NCBI GenBank assembly: GCA_032161105.1
Contig: JAVHTD010000002.1
From: Candidatus Thermosaccharophagus tengchongensis
GTDB taxonomy: Bacteria; Armatimonadota; Fervidibacteria; Fervidibacterales; Thermosaccharophagaceae
DNA length: 64,000 nucleotides
Reading direction: 5' to 3' (one strand)
How positions within the stretch are numbered: the stretch's first letter is position 1; each line of letters starts with the position of its first letter. Position numbers and translations under genes: made by a program. This document shows, in pieces, positions 51,590 to 61,378 of the stretch. Below the pieces are notes generated by a model. That model had not been told where the DNA came from. It saw only the letters and a program-made list of their open reading frames with translations, and searched no databases.

Positions 51590-53266
51590 GTGCTCCTTAT
51601 GCTCGTGTCCCTGTTTGGGTTGTGCATCAGGTTGGCTATAGCGTGGCAGCCATATGACTGGCTCATACGCACTGGCTCATTCGGCGATGATGCATGCTAC
51701 TATGCGGCGATAGCGCATAACATAGCAAAGGGCAACGGAGCCACAACTGATGGAATACATACGACCAACGGATTTCAGCCGCTGTGGGCATTCATGCTCG
51801 TCCCAATCTACGCCTTGGGAGCTTCAAAGGAGAGCGCCATCAACATCGCAATGACAATCCTCGCCACCTTCAGCGCCTTAACTGGATTGGTGCTGTTCCT
51901 TTTGGCAAAGCGGCTGTGGGATGAGCGTGTTGCGCTGTGGGTCTCCTTCTTCTGGATGACATCGCCGACCGTCTTGAGGCAGTCACTCAATGGCATGGAA
52001 ACTGGTCTTTATGTCTTCATGCTTTCCCTCGCATCGCTGCTCATCATCTGGCATAGTTCTCGTGCGAGACAGACGGCATTTGAAATTGTCGCCATCGGAC
52101 TTGTGCTCGGTTTGGTTGTCTTGAGCAGGGTTGATGGGATGCCATTTGCGCTTGCTGCCGTGCTCTCATGCGCAATCAATCCGGCGACATGTGGGTATGC
52201 CGGCGGCAATGTTTCAACTGCACAACCGTTCAAATGCGCTCATCCCTCTTTCATTGATTCACCGCTTATTAGGCTCTCGGTCATCCTGTTTGTGTTCTTG
52301 GTGACGCTTTCACCGTGGCTCATTTATAGCCTTGTCACCACCGGAAAGCTCATCCCCGAGAGTGGCAGTGCTGTGCGTTACCTATCGCTCGCATACATTG
52401 GTGCTATTGATGAGGGCGTTACATGGCGTGTGCTGCGCCATTCATTAGCCCAGACTGCTTCAACGCTGCTGAGAGCGCAGCAGTGGAGCTTTATCAAGTC
52501 CCGCATCGCCTGCATCGTTGGTGAGCAAATGATGGCAATTCTGACCATCACCCTGCTGTCATTGGCACTGCCAACCCTGTTTTGGCTTGTGCGCGTCGGC
52601 TGCTTTCGGGTGGCTGTATGCAAGTTGCGGGTAATGCTCAAGTTGTGGTTTTGGATTGTCCACGCAATTGCGCTCTTGCTCGCATACTCGCTATATCAGT
52701 TTGGCTGGTGGTTTTTCCCGCGCTACTTCTTCGCCGTCGTTCCCCTCGGCATTATTGCCGGTTCACTGCTTGTTGAAGCGCTTCGCTTGAGCTTGGAAGG
52801 GCTTTCCCGCAATAGCCGATTGAAACCCCTTCCAAAGCTTTTTGTGGTAGCCGTTGTGCTCATGCAGCTTGCCCAACTCAGCATCGGCTGGCATTACATG
52901 CAAGCACGCATGTTCGGAGCATTTGAAGAGTATTTGAATGTGGCGATGTGGCTCAGGGGACACATCCCGCAGGACGCTCGCATAGGCATGTTTCAATCCG
53001 GGACAGCAAGCTACCTATCTGAGCGCACAGTTATTAACCTTGACGGTGTAGTCAACGGAGAAGCCTTGAAGGCAATGCTCAATGGACAGATGCTGAATTA
53101 TGTTGCGTCACAGGGCATATCATATATTGCAGATTGGGACGAGTTGATCCAGCTGTTGCTTGTCGGGCGCTCGCCGAGGGAGGAGCTCTCAAAATGGAAG
53201 CTCATTCGGCTTCGGAAGGGAGAGATGTCCGTTTACAAACTTGTGAGGAGCGTAGACAGCAAGTGA
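51590..53266 (+). CDS. Polytopic GT-C (ArnT/PMT-like) glycosyltransferase
   Basis: DDA.YY..IA.NI..G.G, GFQPLW, NGMET, SRVD, NLDGVVN; many TM helices. Confidence 0.75.
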   Translation: MLLMLVSLFGLCIRLAIAWQPYDWLIRTGSFGDDACYYAAIAHNIAKGNGATTDGIHTTNGFQPLWAFMLVPIYALGASKESAINIAMTILATFSALTGLVLFLLAKRLWDERVALWVSFFWMTSPTVLRQSLNGMETGLYVFMLSLASLLIIWHSSRARQTAFEIVAIGLVLGLVVLSRVDGMPFALAAVLSCAINPATCGYAGGNVSTAQPFKCAHPSFIDSPLIRLSVILFVFLVTLSPWLIYSLVTTGKLIPESGSAVRYLSLAYIGAIDEGVTWRVLRHSLAQTASTLLRAQQWSFIKSRIACIVGEQMMAILTITLLSLALPTLFWLVRVGCFRVAVCKLRVMLKLWFWIVHAIALLLAYSLYQFGWWFFPRYFFAVVPLGIIAGSLLVEALRLSLEGLSRNSRLKPLPKLFVVAVVLMQLAQLSIGWHYMQARMFGAFEEYLNVAMWLRGHIPQDARIGMFQSGTASYLSERTVINLDGVVNGEALKAMLNGQMLNYVASQGISYIADWDELIQLLLVGRSPREELSKWKLIRLRKGEMSVYKLVRSVDSK

Positions 53267-54099
53267 GGAGGGCATCATGCCCTTGGTGCGATTACGCCGA
53301 TTGGTCTCCATTGATCATTGATGATGGCATCCCAGTAGCCAAATGCAGGTGCTGCGGTGTAGCCTTCGCGGTCGTCGTCCCAACAATTCAATACCTGCGT
53401 GAGTATTACACGGAGCAGTTTTCAGATGAGCGCTACTGGGAGAGGGAACTTTCCTCGGCTCGCCCGTGGCTGCACAGGCGCTTGCTCGCGAGGATAATGC
53501 GATATAAGCCGAGCGGAACGCTGCTTGATGTCGGCTGCTCATTTGGCTTCTTCATCAACATGGCAAGGCAATTCGGATACAGCGTCATCGGTGTTGAGAT
53601 AAGCGAGCCGGCGGCAAACTACGCACGCAACAAACTCGGGTTGAATGTCCTCTCAGGAACGCTTGAAGACGCATGCCTTGAAGATGAGAGCGTTGATGTT
53701 GTCACTTTGGTTGATGTGCTTGAGCACATCCCTGAGCCGATGGCGACACTGCGCGAGATAAGGCGATTGCTGCGCAGCGGTGGCTTGCTTGTCGTCCGTG
53801 TTCCGAACTTCAAGTTCCATTGGCTCAAAACACTCCTTCTGAGGGCGCTCAAGAGGCGCAACTTCATCGGGCTTGACTCGCGCAACCATATTAATCACTT
53901 CACCGTTGATGCTTTGACAAAGGGCTTGCACCGGCTTGGCTTTGAAGTGATTGATGTGTTCCCCGGCGCACCGAACATCTACCGAAAGTGGCTATTTGAT
54001 GCCGTGCGAGTGGCTTATTGGGCGATGGCGGTTGCTTTAAAAGTGGCGCTTGGAATTCAGGTCGGGAACAGCATTGAGGTCTTCGCAATGAAGCGTTAA
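53263..54099 (+). CDS. Class I SAM-dependent methyltransferase
   Basis: N-terminal CPWC..C..C, LLDVGCSFG, GVE, VLEH.P.P, PN; GTG start overlaps the upstream stop. Confidence 0.87.
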   Translation: MRRASCPWCDYADWSPLIIDDGIPVAKCRCCGVAFAVVVPTIQYLREYYTEQFSDERYWERELSSARPWLHRRLLARIMRYKPSGTLLDVGCSFGFFINMARQFGYSVIGVEISEPAANYARNKLGLNVLSGTLEDACLEDESVDVVTLVDVLEHIPEPMATLREIRRLLRSGGLLVVRVPNFKFHWLKTLLLRALKRRNFIGLDSRNHINHFTVDALTKGLHRLGFEVIDVFPGAPNIYRKWLFDAVRVAYWAMAVALKVALGIQVGNSIEVFAMKR

Positions 54100-54101
54100 A
54101 G

Positions 54102-55538
54102 ATGCAGATGGCGTCGGTGGTGATGATGGTGCAATCTCAAAGAGGCTCAAAGCGGATATGGCGCTGGCATCGCATCTTGCCATACATGCTGCTTGTGCAG
54201 GATGCGCTCCTCACCCTCGGTGGGTTTGTGATTGCCTATCAGTTGCGTTTCTTCGGCATAGTAGCCAAGTGGTTCCCACCGCATCAAGGCATACCACCGA
54301 TGAGCATTCACACCGGCTTTATAACGCTTCATGTGCTCGCGTGGTTAAGTTGCCTGCACTTCGTGGGGCTATACAGGCGATACCGTGAGAGGTATGCGGT
54401 GGATGAGTTTTATAGCGTCCTGATAGCCGGCTTCATTGCGAGCATAATCGTTGGAACGCTCGCAATGCTGTTGCGCTATCAATGGTTATCTCGCATTGTC
54501 TTCGTGATGGCTGAAGTTCTGACAGCCATAATGGTCAGCGTTGGGAGGATGATTTTCAGGGCGCTTGAGCGGGCTCTTTGTCACCTTGGTGTTTGGATTG
54601 TGAATGTCGCCGTAGTTGGAACCGGCGCTGAGCGTTTCGCCGGGCAACTCGCAGCATGCTACGGGTGCAATGTGATTGGCGTTGTGGAAACCGATGAGCC
54701 AACACACTGTCGTGCTGGCGAGCTGTGGCGGAAACTTGAGGATAAGCTATCGGGGATGAGCGAACTTGATGAAGTCATCGTTACCGAGAGTTCCCTCCCA
54801 GACGATGTGCTAATGCAGTTGCTTGATTGGGCTGAGGGACGCCGGATAAATGTGCGCCTGATGCTCAGCTTGATTGATGTCATCAAGCGCAGGGGGCAGT
54901 TTGAAGAGATTGCCGGAATGCCCTCCGTGACAGTCAGGAGGCTTCCTTTGCACACTTGGGGCGCATTCGTCAAGCGTCTAATGGACATCATATTGTCATT
55001 GCTACTGCTCATCATCTTCGCCATCCCGATGATAGTCATAGCGGTGTTGATAAAGCTCACTTCTCCCGGGTCTGTGCTTTACCGTCAAGAGAGGGTTGGA
55101 CATGACGGGAAGGTGTTTGTGATGCTCAAGTTCAGAACGATGTATGAGGGTGCCGAGGATGAGACTGGACCGGTTTGGGCTAAGCCGAATGACCCACGCT
55201 GCACGCCAGTTGGGAGGGTGCTCAGGAGATTGAGCTTGGATGAATTGCCGCAGCTGTTCAATGTCCTCAAGGGCGAAATGTCGCTTGTCGGACCGAGACC
55301 GGAGCGCCCATACTTCGTTGAGAAGTTTGCCCAACACATCCCACGATACATGGAGCGCCATAGGGTCAAAGCTGGCATAACCGGTTGGGCGCAGGTCAAT
55401 GGGCTTCGAGGCGACTGCCCAATTGAGGAGCGCACAAAGTATGACCTATACTATGTTGAGAACTGGTCGCTTTTGCTTGACCTCAAGATCCTCGTCAAGA
55501 CCGCATTTGAGGTGCTCTTCCACAAGGGGGCATATTGA
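54102..55538 (+). CDS. Undecaprenyl-phosphate sugar phosphotransferase (WcaJ/WbaP family)
   Basis: KRLMDI, KFRTM, SLDELPQLFNVLKGEMSLVGPRPE, GITGWAQVNG, DLYY.ENWS. Confidence 0.94.
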   Translation: MQMASVVMMVQSQRGSKRIWRWHRILPYMLLVQDALLTLGGFVIAYQLRFFGIVAKWFPPHQGIPPMSIHTGFITLHVLAWLSCLHFVGLYRRYRERYAVDEFYSVLIAGFIASIIVGTLAMLLRYQWLSRIVFVMAEVLTAIMVSVGRMIFRALERALCHLGVWIVNVAVVGTGAERFAGQLAACYGCNVIGVVETDEPTHCRAGELWRKLEDKLSGMSELDEVIVTESSLPDDVLMQLLDWAEGRRINVRLMLSLIDVIKRRGQFEEIAGMPSVTVRRLPLHTWGAFVKRLMDIILSLLLLIIFAIPMIVIAVLIKLTSPGSVLYRQERVGHDGKVFVMLKFRTMYEGAEDETGPVWAKPNDPRCTPVGRVLRRLSLDELPQLFNVLKGEMSLVGPRPERPYFVEKFAQHIPRYMERHRVKAGITGWAQVNGLRGDCPIEERTKYDLYYVENWSLLLDLKILVKTAFEVLFHKGAY

Positions 55539-55569
55539 GCCATCAGTGGTGAGAGTGTGAGGCTGCAGC

Positions 55570-56739
55570 ATGAGGAAAGATCCGCTGCTTCGTTCGGCAG
55601 ATAGGCACATAGGCATCATAGCCCTTCACTTGCTTGCGTTGGTAAAATGGGCGCAGCCAAGGCTGCACGGTGAGTCAAACAAAACGCTGCTCATAAAGTT
55701 TGCTGGCATGGGTGACATCATCTTGCTCAAGCCAGTGATTGATTCCATCAGGCAGCGCAGCTGCGCTTCTCTCCACTTTTTGACATCGCCGAACATGCGC
55801 GAGGTCGTTGAATACCTTGAGCTGGCGGGAGATGGTGCAATTCACGATGTTGATTTTGGCAGGTGCGTTTCTCGTCCCGGTGAATTGCTCGCTTTGATTA
55901 TGGGGCTGCGCCGTGAGCGCTTTCGTGCCGTGATTGATTTTGAACAATGGATGCGCATAAGCGCCATTGTATCATTCCTCTCTGGGGCTGAGTTGCGTTA
56001 TGGATTCTCAACTCCCATGCAATACCGCCACGCGCTGTATACGCATTTCGTTGCCTACAGCTTTGACCAGCATACACTCACATCCTTTGCCCGCCTTGCC
56101 TCGGTGTTTCTCGGAAGCGACATCGTGAGTGAGGTGCACTCAGGTTTCGTCGGATGCATATCACCGCAGGCAAACGAGATTGAAAGGGTTCACCGTCTCC
56201 TCATGCTGGCTGGATGGCGCGGCAAAGCTCAACCTGTGGCAATCATACATCCGGGATGCGGGTTTGGCGGTGAGCCGAGGATGTGGTTGATTGAGGGTTA
56301 TGCTGAGGTGATACGCAGGCTGAGCAGGCACGGCTTTTTCATCGCCCTGACCGGTGGCAAAGATGATGTAGCTTTCAGTGAGCGCCTTATGCAATTGGTC
56401 GGGTGCTACGGAGCATTGAATCTTGCCGGAAAAACAACCTTTGCTGAGTTGGCAGCGCTCGTCAGCATGGCTAAATTTGTGGTGTGCCCAAATACTGGCA
56501 TAATGCATCTTGCCTGTGCGATTGGGACGCCAACGGTGGCATTGCATGGCCCTACAAACCCGGTTCAGTGGCGTCCATTGGGTGACATGCACAAGGTTGT
56601 TCAAGCAAAGTTGCATTGTGTTCCGTGTTTGCGATTGGGGCATGATTACAAGTGTAGCGATTATCGGTGTATGCGCACGATAACGGTTGAGATGGTCTGG
56701 AGCGCAATAGAGGAGTTGCTCAACGGAGTGGGTGCTTGA
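55570..56739 (+). CDS. Glycosyltransferase family 9
   Basis: GMGDII, IHPG, NLAGKT, NTGIMHLA.A.GTPTVALHGPT, C.PC. Confidence 0.88.
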   Translation: MRKDPLLRSADRHIGIIALHLLALVKWAQPRLHGESNKTLLIKFAGMGDIILLKPVIDSIRQRSCASLHFLTSPNMREVVEYLELAGDGAIHDVDFGRCVSRPGELLALIMGLRRERFRAVIDFEQWMRISAIVSFLSGAELRYGFSTPMQYRHALYTHFVAYSFDQHTLTSFARLASVFLGSDIVSEVHSGFVGCISPQANEIERVHRLLMLAGWRGKAQPVAIIHPGCGFGGEPRMWLIEGYAEVIRRLSRHGFFIALTGGKDDVAFSERLMQLVGCYGALNLAGKTTFAELAALVSMAKFVVCPNTGIMHLACAIGTPTVALHGPTNPVQWRPLGDMHKVVQAKLHCVPCLRLGHDYKCSDYRCMRTITVEMVWSAIEELLNGVGA

Positions 56740-56817
56740 GCGGCAATTCGTATCCCGAAGTTGCATGCGTGGCATGAACGATGTGGTGAGCAACGACTGC
56801 GTGCGGAGGTGGTGGCT

Positions 56818-57654
56818 ATGCATATCGGCTTTTACACTGCTCCATTTCGTGAAGAGCCGTTTGAGAGGGTGGTTGAATTTGCGAAGCGAGCCGGCTTTCA
56901 GGCTCTTGAAGTTGTTTGTGGCGTCGGCTCAGGGCACATTGATGCCCAGCAGGTTATCCGCACCGGTGGTGGCAAGGTGAGGCAGTTGATTGAATCGTCT
57001 GGACTCCAGATATCGGCGCTTGCAATGTATGGTAACACGCTTAACCCCAACCCGGATGAAAGGAGGCGTTTCTTGCTTGCCCTCCACAAGGCGATAGATG
57101 CGGCGGCAATCTTGGGTGTTGAAGTTGTGTGCACCCTCGCTGGGATGCCAATGCCTAACAAGACCAAGATGCAAACGATTGAGGAGGACGCTCCAAAGGC
57201 GTTTAAAAGGCTGTGCGAGCACGCCGCTGAGAAGGGCATCAAGATAGCGCTTGAGAATTGGTATGCGACCAACCTGCAATCGCTCAGGCACTGGGACCGA
57301 TTCTTTGAGGTGGTCAACTATGACAACATCGGGTTGAACTTTGACCCATCGCACCTCGTCTGGCAGGACATTGACTACATGTATGCCGTTGAAAGGTTCT
57401 CCAATCGCATATTCCATGTGCACGCAAAGGATACGGCAATACTTTGGCACAGGAGAAGATACATCGGCAACCAAGAGCATGGTTGGTGGCGATATGTCAT
57501 CCCCGGCTTCGGTGTAATTGATTGGGGGCAACTGATCGGGTTGCTCAGGAGCAACGGTTACAACGGCGTGTTGAGCATTGAGCACGAGGATGCGGCTCTG
57601 CCGAGGGAGGAGGGATTGATTAAAGGGCTGGCATACTTGCGCCAGTTCGTTTGA
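56818..57654 (+). CDS. Sugar phosphate isomerase/epimerase (TIM barrel)
   Basis: [33 protein letters not shown]. Confidence 0.87.
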   Translation: MHIGFYTAPFREEPFERVVEFAKRAGFQALEVVCGVGSGHIDAQQVIRTGGGKVRQLIESSGLQISALAMYGNTLNPNPDERRRFLLALHKAIDAAAILGVEVVCTLAGMPMPNKTKMQTIEEDAPKAFKRLCEHAAEKGIKIALENWYATNLQSLRHWDRFFEVVNYDNIGLNFDPSHLVWQDIDYMYAVERFSNRIFHVHAKDTAILWHRRRYIGNQEHGWWRYVIPGFGVIDWGQLIGLLRSNGYNGVLSIEHEDAALPREEGLIKGLAYLRQFV

Positions 57655-57725
57655 GCTGCTGGAGCGCCATCGGTAATGCCCCCCATGAAATGACGATGGA
57701 TTGACGGGGAACGGTGAAGCTAACC

Positions 57726-59996
57726 TCAACCCGACATGAGTGCCATGACGATGCGCTCCGGTGTCATAGGCAATGTCGTTATTCGCTTCCCGATGGCATC
57801 GGTGACTGCATTGGCGATTGCTGCGAGCGTCGGAACGATTGATGGCTCCCCAACGCCCTTTGCGCCATAAGGTCCATCCGGGTTCGGCACTTCAACTATG
57901 ACCGGCTCTATCTCCGTTGCATCGGAGCATGTCGGGAGAAGGTAATCGGCAAGCGTAGTGTTAGCCACTTTCCCATCGTCGGTATACCTGTAGCCCTCCA
58001 TTGTTGCCCAACCTATGCCTTGCATTACTGCGCCGTGTATTTGTCCCTCAATCGCGAGCGGATTAAGCGCCCTACCCACATCCTGAGCAGCTATGTAGCG
58101 CAATACCCTAACCTTGCCCGTCTCCAAGTCAACAGCCACCTCAGCAAGCGCAACGGTATATGCCGGACGAGTTGGCATCCAAGCAATGCTATGCGAGCCA
58201 TGCAAAGGTCCATATTCGGCGATGCATGCTCTGCCAAGCTCCGTATAGCTCACCCTTTGGCTCGGGGCACCTTTGATGTGGATGCACTCCTCACCGAGCT
58301 CAAGTTCTTTTACATCAACCCCGAGTATCTTTGCGGCTGTTTGGAACATGCGCTCACGCAGCTGCACAACAGCATTAAAGACTGCCATGCCGCTCGTATA
58401 AGCCACCCTGCTGCCGCCAGTTTGATGGTGCCAAGGGACTGAATCTGTATCTCCGACTACCACCGTCACTTTTTCAATTGGCACTCTCAACTCTTCGGAG
58501 ACGATTTGAGCAAATAGTGTGTTTGTGCCGGTGACATCGCATGAGCCGGTGATGACTTGGAATGTGCCATCCTCGTTCAGCATAACGGTTGCGCTTGAAT
58601 ATCCCGAATAGTTTGTCCACTCACCGCACGCTAATCCCCTCCCAACTTTCCAGTTACCTACTCCGAGCATCTTCAAAGCCCCTTGCGTTGGTGCGCTCCC
58701 ATTGAGGTGACTTGTTGGCGATGTCGTGCGCATGGACGCTGTTGAGCGTGCCTGCGTCTTAGCGGCATGCTCCCTCAATGCTTGCAGTGTCTCCTTGAAC
58801 CCGATCTTGGGCAGCGGCACTCCGTCAATTGATGTGTCGCCCTCCTCAACGGCATTTCTCATGCGCAGTTCCCAAGGGTCAATTCCAATCTCTCTGGCGA
58901 GCATGTCCATGAGTGATTCCCTGACGAACGCCATTTGCGGTGCATCCGGCGCCCTATATGCCCCCGGCGCGGGCTTGTTCGTATAAACGCCATATGAGCG
59001 AATCCTATAACTCTTCAAGCGATATAGCCCGCGCAAGCGCACCGATGCGCCAATGTAACCGCTCACTCCGCCATCCCAAAATACTTCGGCATCAAGTGCC
59101 ATGAGTGTCCCATCACTCTTTGCACCGAGGCGCGCACGCGCATAGCATGCTGGCGCTGGATGCGAGTCAAGCAGGACCTCGGTTCTATCGTCAATGACTT
59201 GAACTGGGAGGCCGGTCTTTAAGGCGAGGAGCACGGCAACCGGCTCGGTATAAACCTGTGTGTTCCTTCCGCCGAAGCCGCCACCGATGAAAGTCGGTAT
59301 GACTTTGATGCAGTGCAGCGGCAACCCGAGCATCCTCGCGGTCAGTGAACGCACTTGGAAGTGACCCTGCGTGCTCGTCCATACCTCAACTTTTCCGCCG
59401 CCAACTGGGCGCGCAATGCATGCATGAGGCTCAAGATAGCTCTGATGCACCGATGGGACATAGAATTCGCCCCCCACAATTACATCGGAGGAGCGCATCA
59501 TCTCGTCAACATCACCGCTGACAAACTCACGGTATCGCGAGATGTTCCTGAGCGGTCTGCCGCTGGCGTCTCGGACATCTTCAAACTTACCGCCGATGAA
59601 TGCGCATGGCGCATCCGGCTTTATGGCTTCGCGCACATCGGTGACAGCTGGGAGCGGTTCATACTCAACTCTGATTGCCTTAATCGCCTCAAGCGCAGTT
59701 TGAGCATCGTCCGCAGCTACAGCCGCTATCTTCTGACCGTGGAAGCGCACATAATCTTTGGCGAACAGCCCACCGTTTGGTGCATCGTCAGCTGTGACAA
59801 TTGCCCTCACTCCCTTTATCTGCATAGCCTCAGTTATGTCTAAGCGAACTATGCGTGCATGCGCGCAATCGCTCCGCAGAATCTTACCATGTAGCATTCC
59901 CGGGAACTGAACATCGGCACCATATCTCGCCCTGCCAGTCACCATCGCCGGTGCATCAATGCGAGTTGCACGCTCACCTATTCCACTTATCCCCAT
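57726..59996 (-). CDS. Xanthine dehydrogenase family molybdopterin-binding subunit
   Basis: AHARI, YLEPH, GGGFGG, GAYRA, NP..IEGQIHG, GAKGVGEP. Confidence 0.9.
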   Translation of the reverse strand: MGISGIGERATRIDAPAMVTGRARYGADVQFPGMLHGKILRSDCAHARIVRLDITEAMQIKGVRAIVTADDAPNGGLFAKDYVRFHGQKIAAVAADDAQTALEAIKAIRVEYEPLPAVTDVREAIKPDAPCAFIGGKFEDVRDASGRPLRNISRYREFVSGDVDEMMRSSDVIVGGEFYVPSVHQSYLEPHACIARPVGGGKVEVWTSTQGHFQVRSLTARMLGLPLHCIKVIPTFIGGGFGGRNTQVYTEPVAVLLALKTGLPVQVIDDRTEVLLDSHPAPACYARARLGAKSDGTLMALDAEVFWDGGVSGYIGASVRLRGLYRLKSYRIRSYGVYTNKPAPGAYRAPDAPQMAFVRESLMDMLAREIGIDPWELRMRNAVEEGDTSIDGVPLPKIGFKETLQALREHAAKTQARSTASMRTTSPTSHLNGSAPTQGALKMLGVGNWKVGRGLACGEWTNYSGYSSATVMLNEDGTFQVITGSCDVTGTNTLFAQIVSEELRVPIEKVTVVVGDTDSVPWHHQTGGSRVAYTSGMAVFNAVVQLRERMFQTAAKILGVDVKELELGEECIHIKGAPSQRVSYTELGRACIAEYGPLHGSHSIAWMPTRPAYTVALAEVAVDLETGKVRVLRYIAAQDVGRALNPLAIEGQIHGAVMQGIGWATMEGYRYTDDGKVANTTLADYLLPTCSDATEIEPVIVEVPNPDGPYGAKGVGEPSIVPTLAAIANAVTDAIGKRITTLPMTPERIVMALMSG

Positions 59997-60106
59997 GAGC
60001 GCTTCACCTCGGCGTCCGCAGCTCAATCAAAGCATGAGACGACGAAGTAGCAACGGCATGACAGAATGATAGCGAGGGTGAGGCGACTTGGGCAAATACG
60101 GCGCAG

Positions 60107-61357
60107 GTGGTGATGTCAATGGCGCTCCACGAGCGCGACAGGACCATATTGAGGGATCTCGCAAAGAGGCTCGCTGAAATAGCTTCCCACCCATCTCAAT
60201 CGGAGAAGAGGGAGCTATGGCGCCGCTTAAACAGGCTTGAGCCAGTCCGCCCAATGGTGCTCCTTTGGAATGAGACATGGCATGAGAATAAGGATGAGAT
60301 TGAACTCCAGTGCGAGGATGAATTTGCTCGGCAGCAGGAGTGGCAGTTGCGCACGCGGCTTTACCACTTTGAGCACATGCCAGATGATCATGTCTACGAG
60401 GCGAAGGTTTATTGCCCGATAGCCATTAGGGTCAGTGATTACGGAATAGCTGCGGATGTGGAGAGACCGCAACATGAGTTCGGTGCTGCACGCTTTAAGC
60501 CGGTCATAAGCGAGAACGATGACCCAAGCATGATAAAGATGCCGGAGGTGACCATTGACTGGGAAGCGACCGAGAGGACATATGAGCAATTGTGCGAGAT
60601 ATACGATGGGATACTCTCGGTGGAAAAGCGCGGTGTCATTGGGCACTGGTTCGCAATCATTGACCAGTTTGTCCAGTGGCGCGGCATTGAGAACACATTC
60701 GTTGACATGATTGAGCGCCCCGAATGGCTTCACAGTTGGTTTCAAAGGATGACTGATTGGCATCTTTCGCTCCTCGAGCAGTATGAGAGGCTTGGATTGC
60801 TCTCACTCAACAACGGCGCCAATTATGTCGGACCGGGTGGACTTGGATTTACGGATGAGCTACCGCAGCCGGATTTTGATGGCATTAATGTGCGCGCAAA
60901 GGATCAATGGGGACACGCCACCACGCAGATATTCGTTGATGTCTCACCGGCAATGCACGAAGAGTTTGCCCTACGCTATGAGCGTCAATTCCTGTCGCGG
61001 TTCGGACTGGCAAGCTATGGATGTTGTGAGCCACTTCACCACAAGCTTGATGTAATAAAGAGAGCCATACCAAACTTGAGGCGGGTGAGCGTAAGCCCTT
61101 GGGCTGATGTCGGTAAGGCTGCAGAGGGCTTGGGTGACAAATACATCATGTCGCTCAAACCCAACCCGAGCATATTCAGCATTGAGCATTGGGACATTTC
61201 GCTTGCCGAAAGAAAGTTGCGTGAAGCCCTTGAGAGGGCAAGAGGCTGTGTGGTTGAAGTAATCATGAAGGATTTGCACACATGCCGAAGGCAACCGCAG
61301 AGGATGTGGGAGTGGGTTAGGATGGCTATGAGGGTGGTTGAGGAATTTGCGAGATGA
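60107..61357 (+). CDS. URO-D / MtaA-CmuA-like TIM-barrel protein of unknown function
   Basis: WRG.E..F.DM...PE, VSPAMHEEF, YGCCEPL, SVSPW, KPNP. Confidence 0.65.
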   Translation: MVMSMALHERDRTILRDLAKRLAEIASHPSQSEKRELWRRLNRLEPVRPMVLLWNETWHENKDEIELQCEDEFARQQEWQLRTRLYHFEHMPDDHVYEAKVYCPIAIRVSDYGIAADVERPQHEFGAARFKPVISENDDPSMIKMPEVTIDWEATERTYEQLCEIYDGILSVEKRGVIGHWFAIIDQFVQWRGIENTFVDMIERPEWLHSWFQRMTDWHLSLLEQYERLGLLSLNNGANYVGPGGLGFTDELPQPDFDGINVRAKDQWGHATTQIFVDVSPAMHEEFALRYERQFLSRFGLASYGCCEPLHHKLDVIKRAIPNLRRVSVSPWADVGKAAEGLGDKYIMSLKPNPSIFSIEHWDISLAERKLREALERARGCVVEVIMKDLHTCRRQPQRMWEWVRMAMRVVEEFAR

Positions 61358-61378
61358 ATGCAGTGGCAATGGTGCAGC

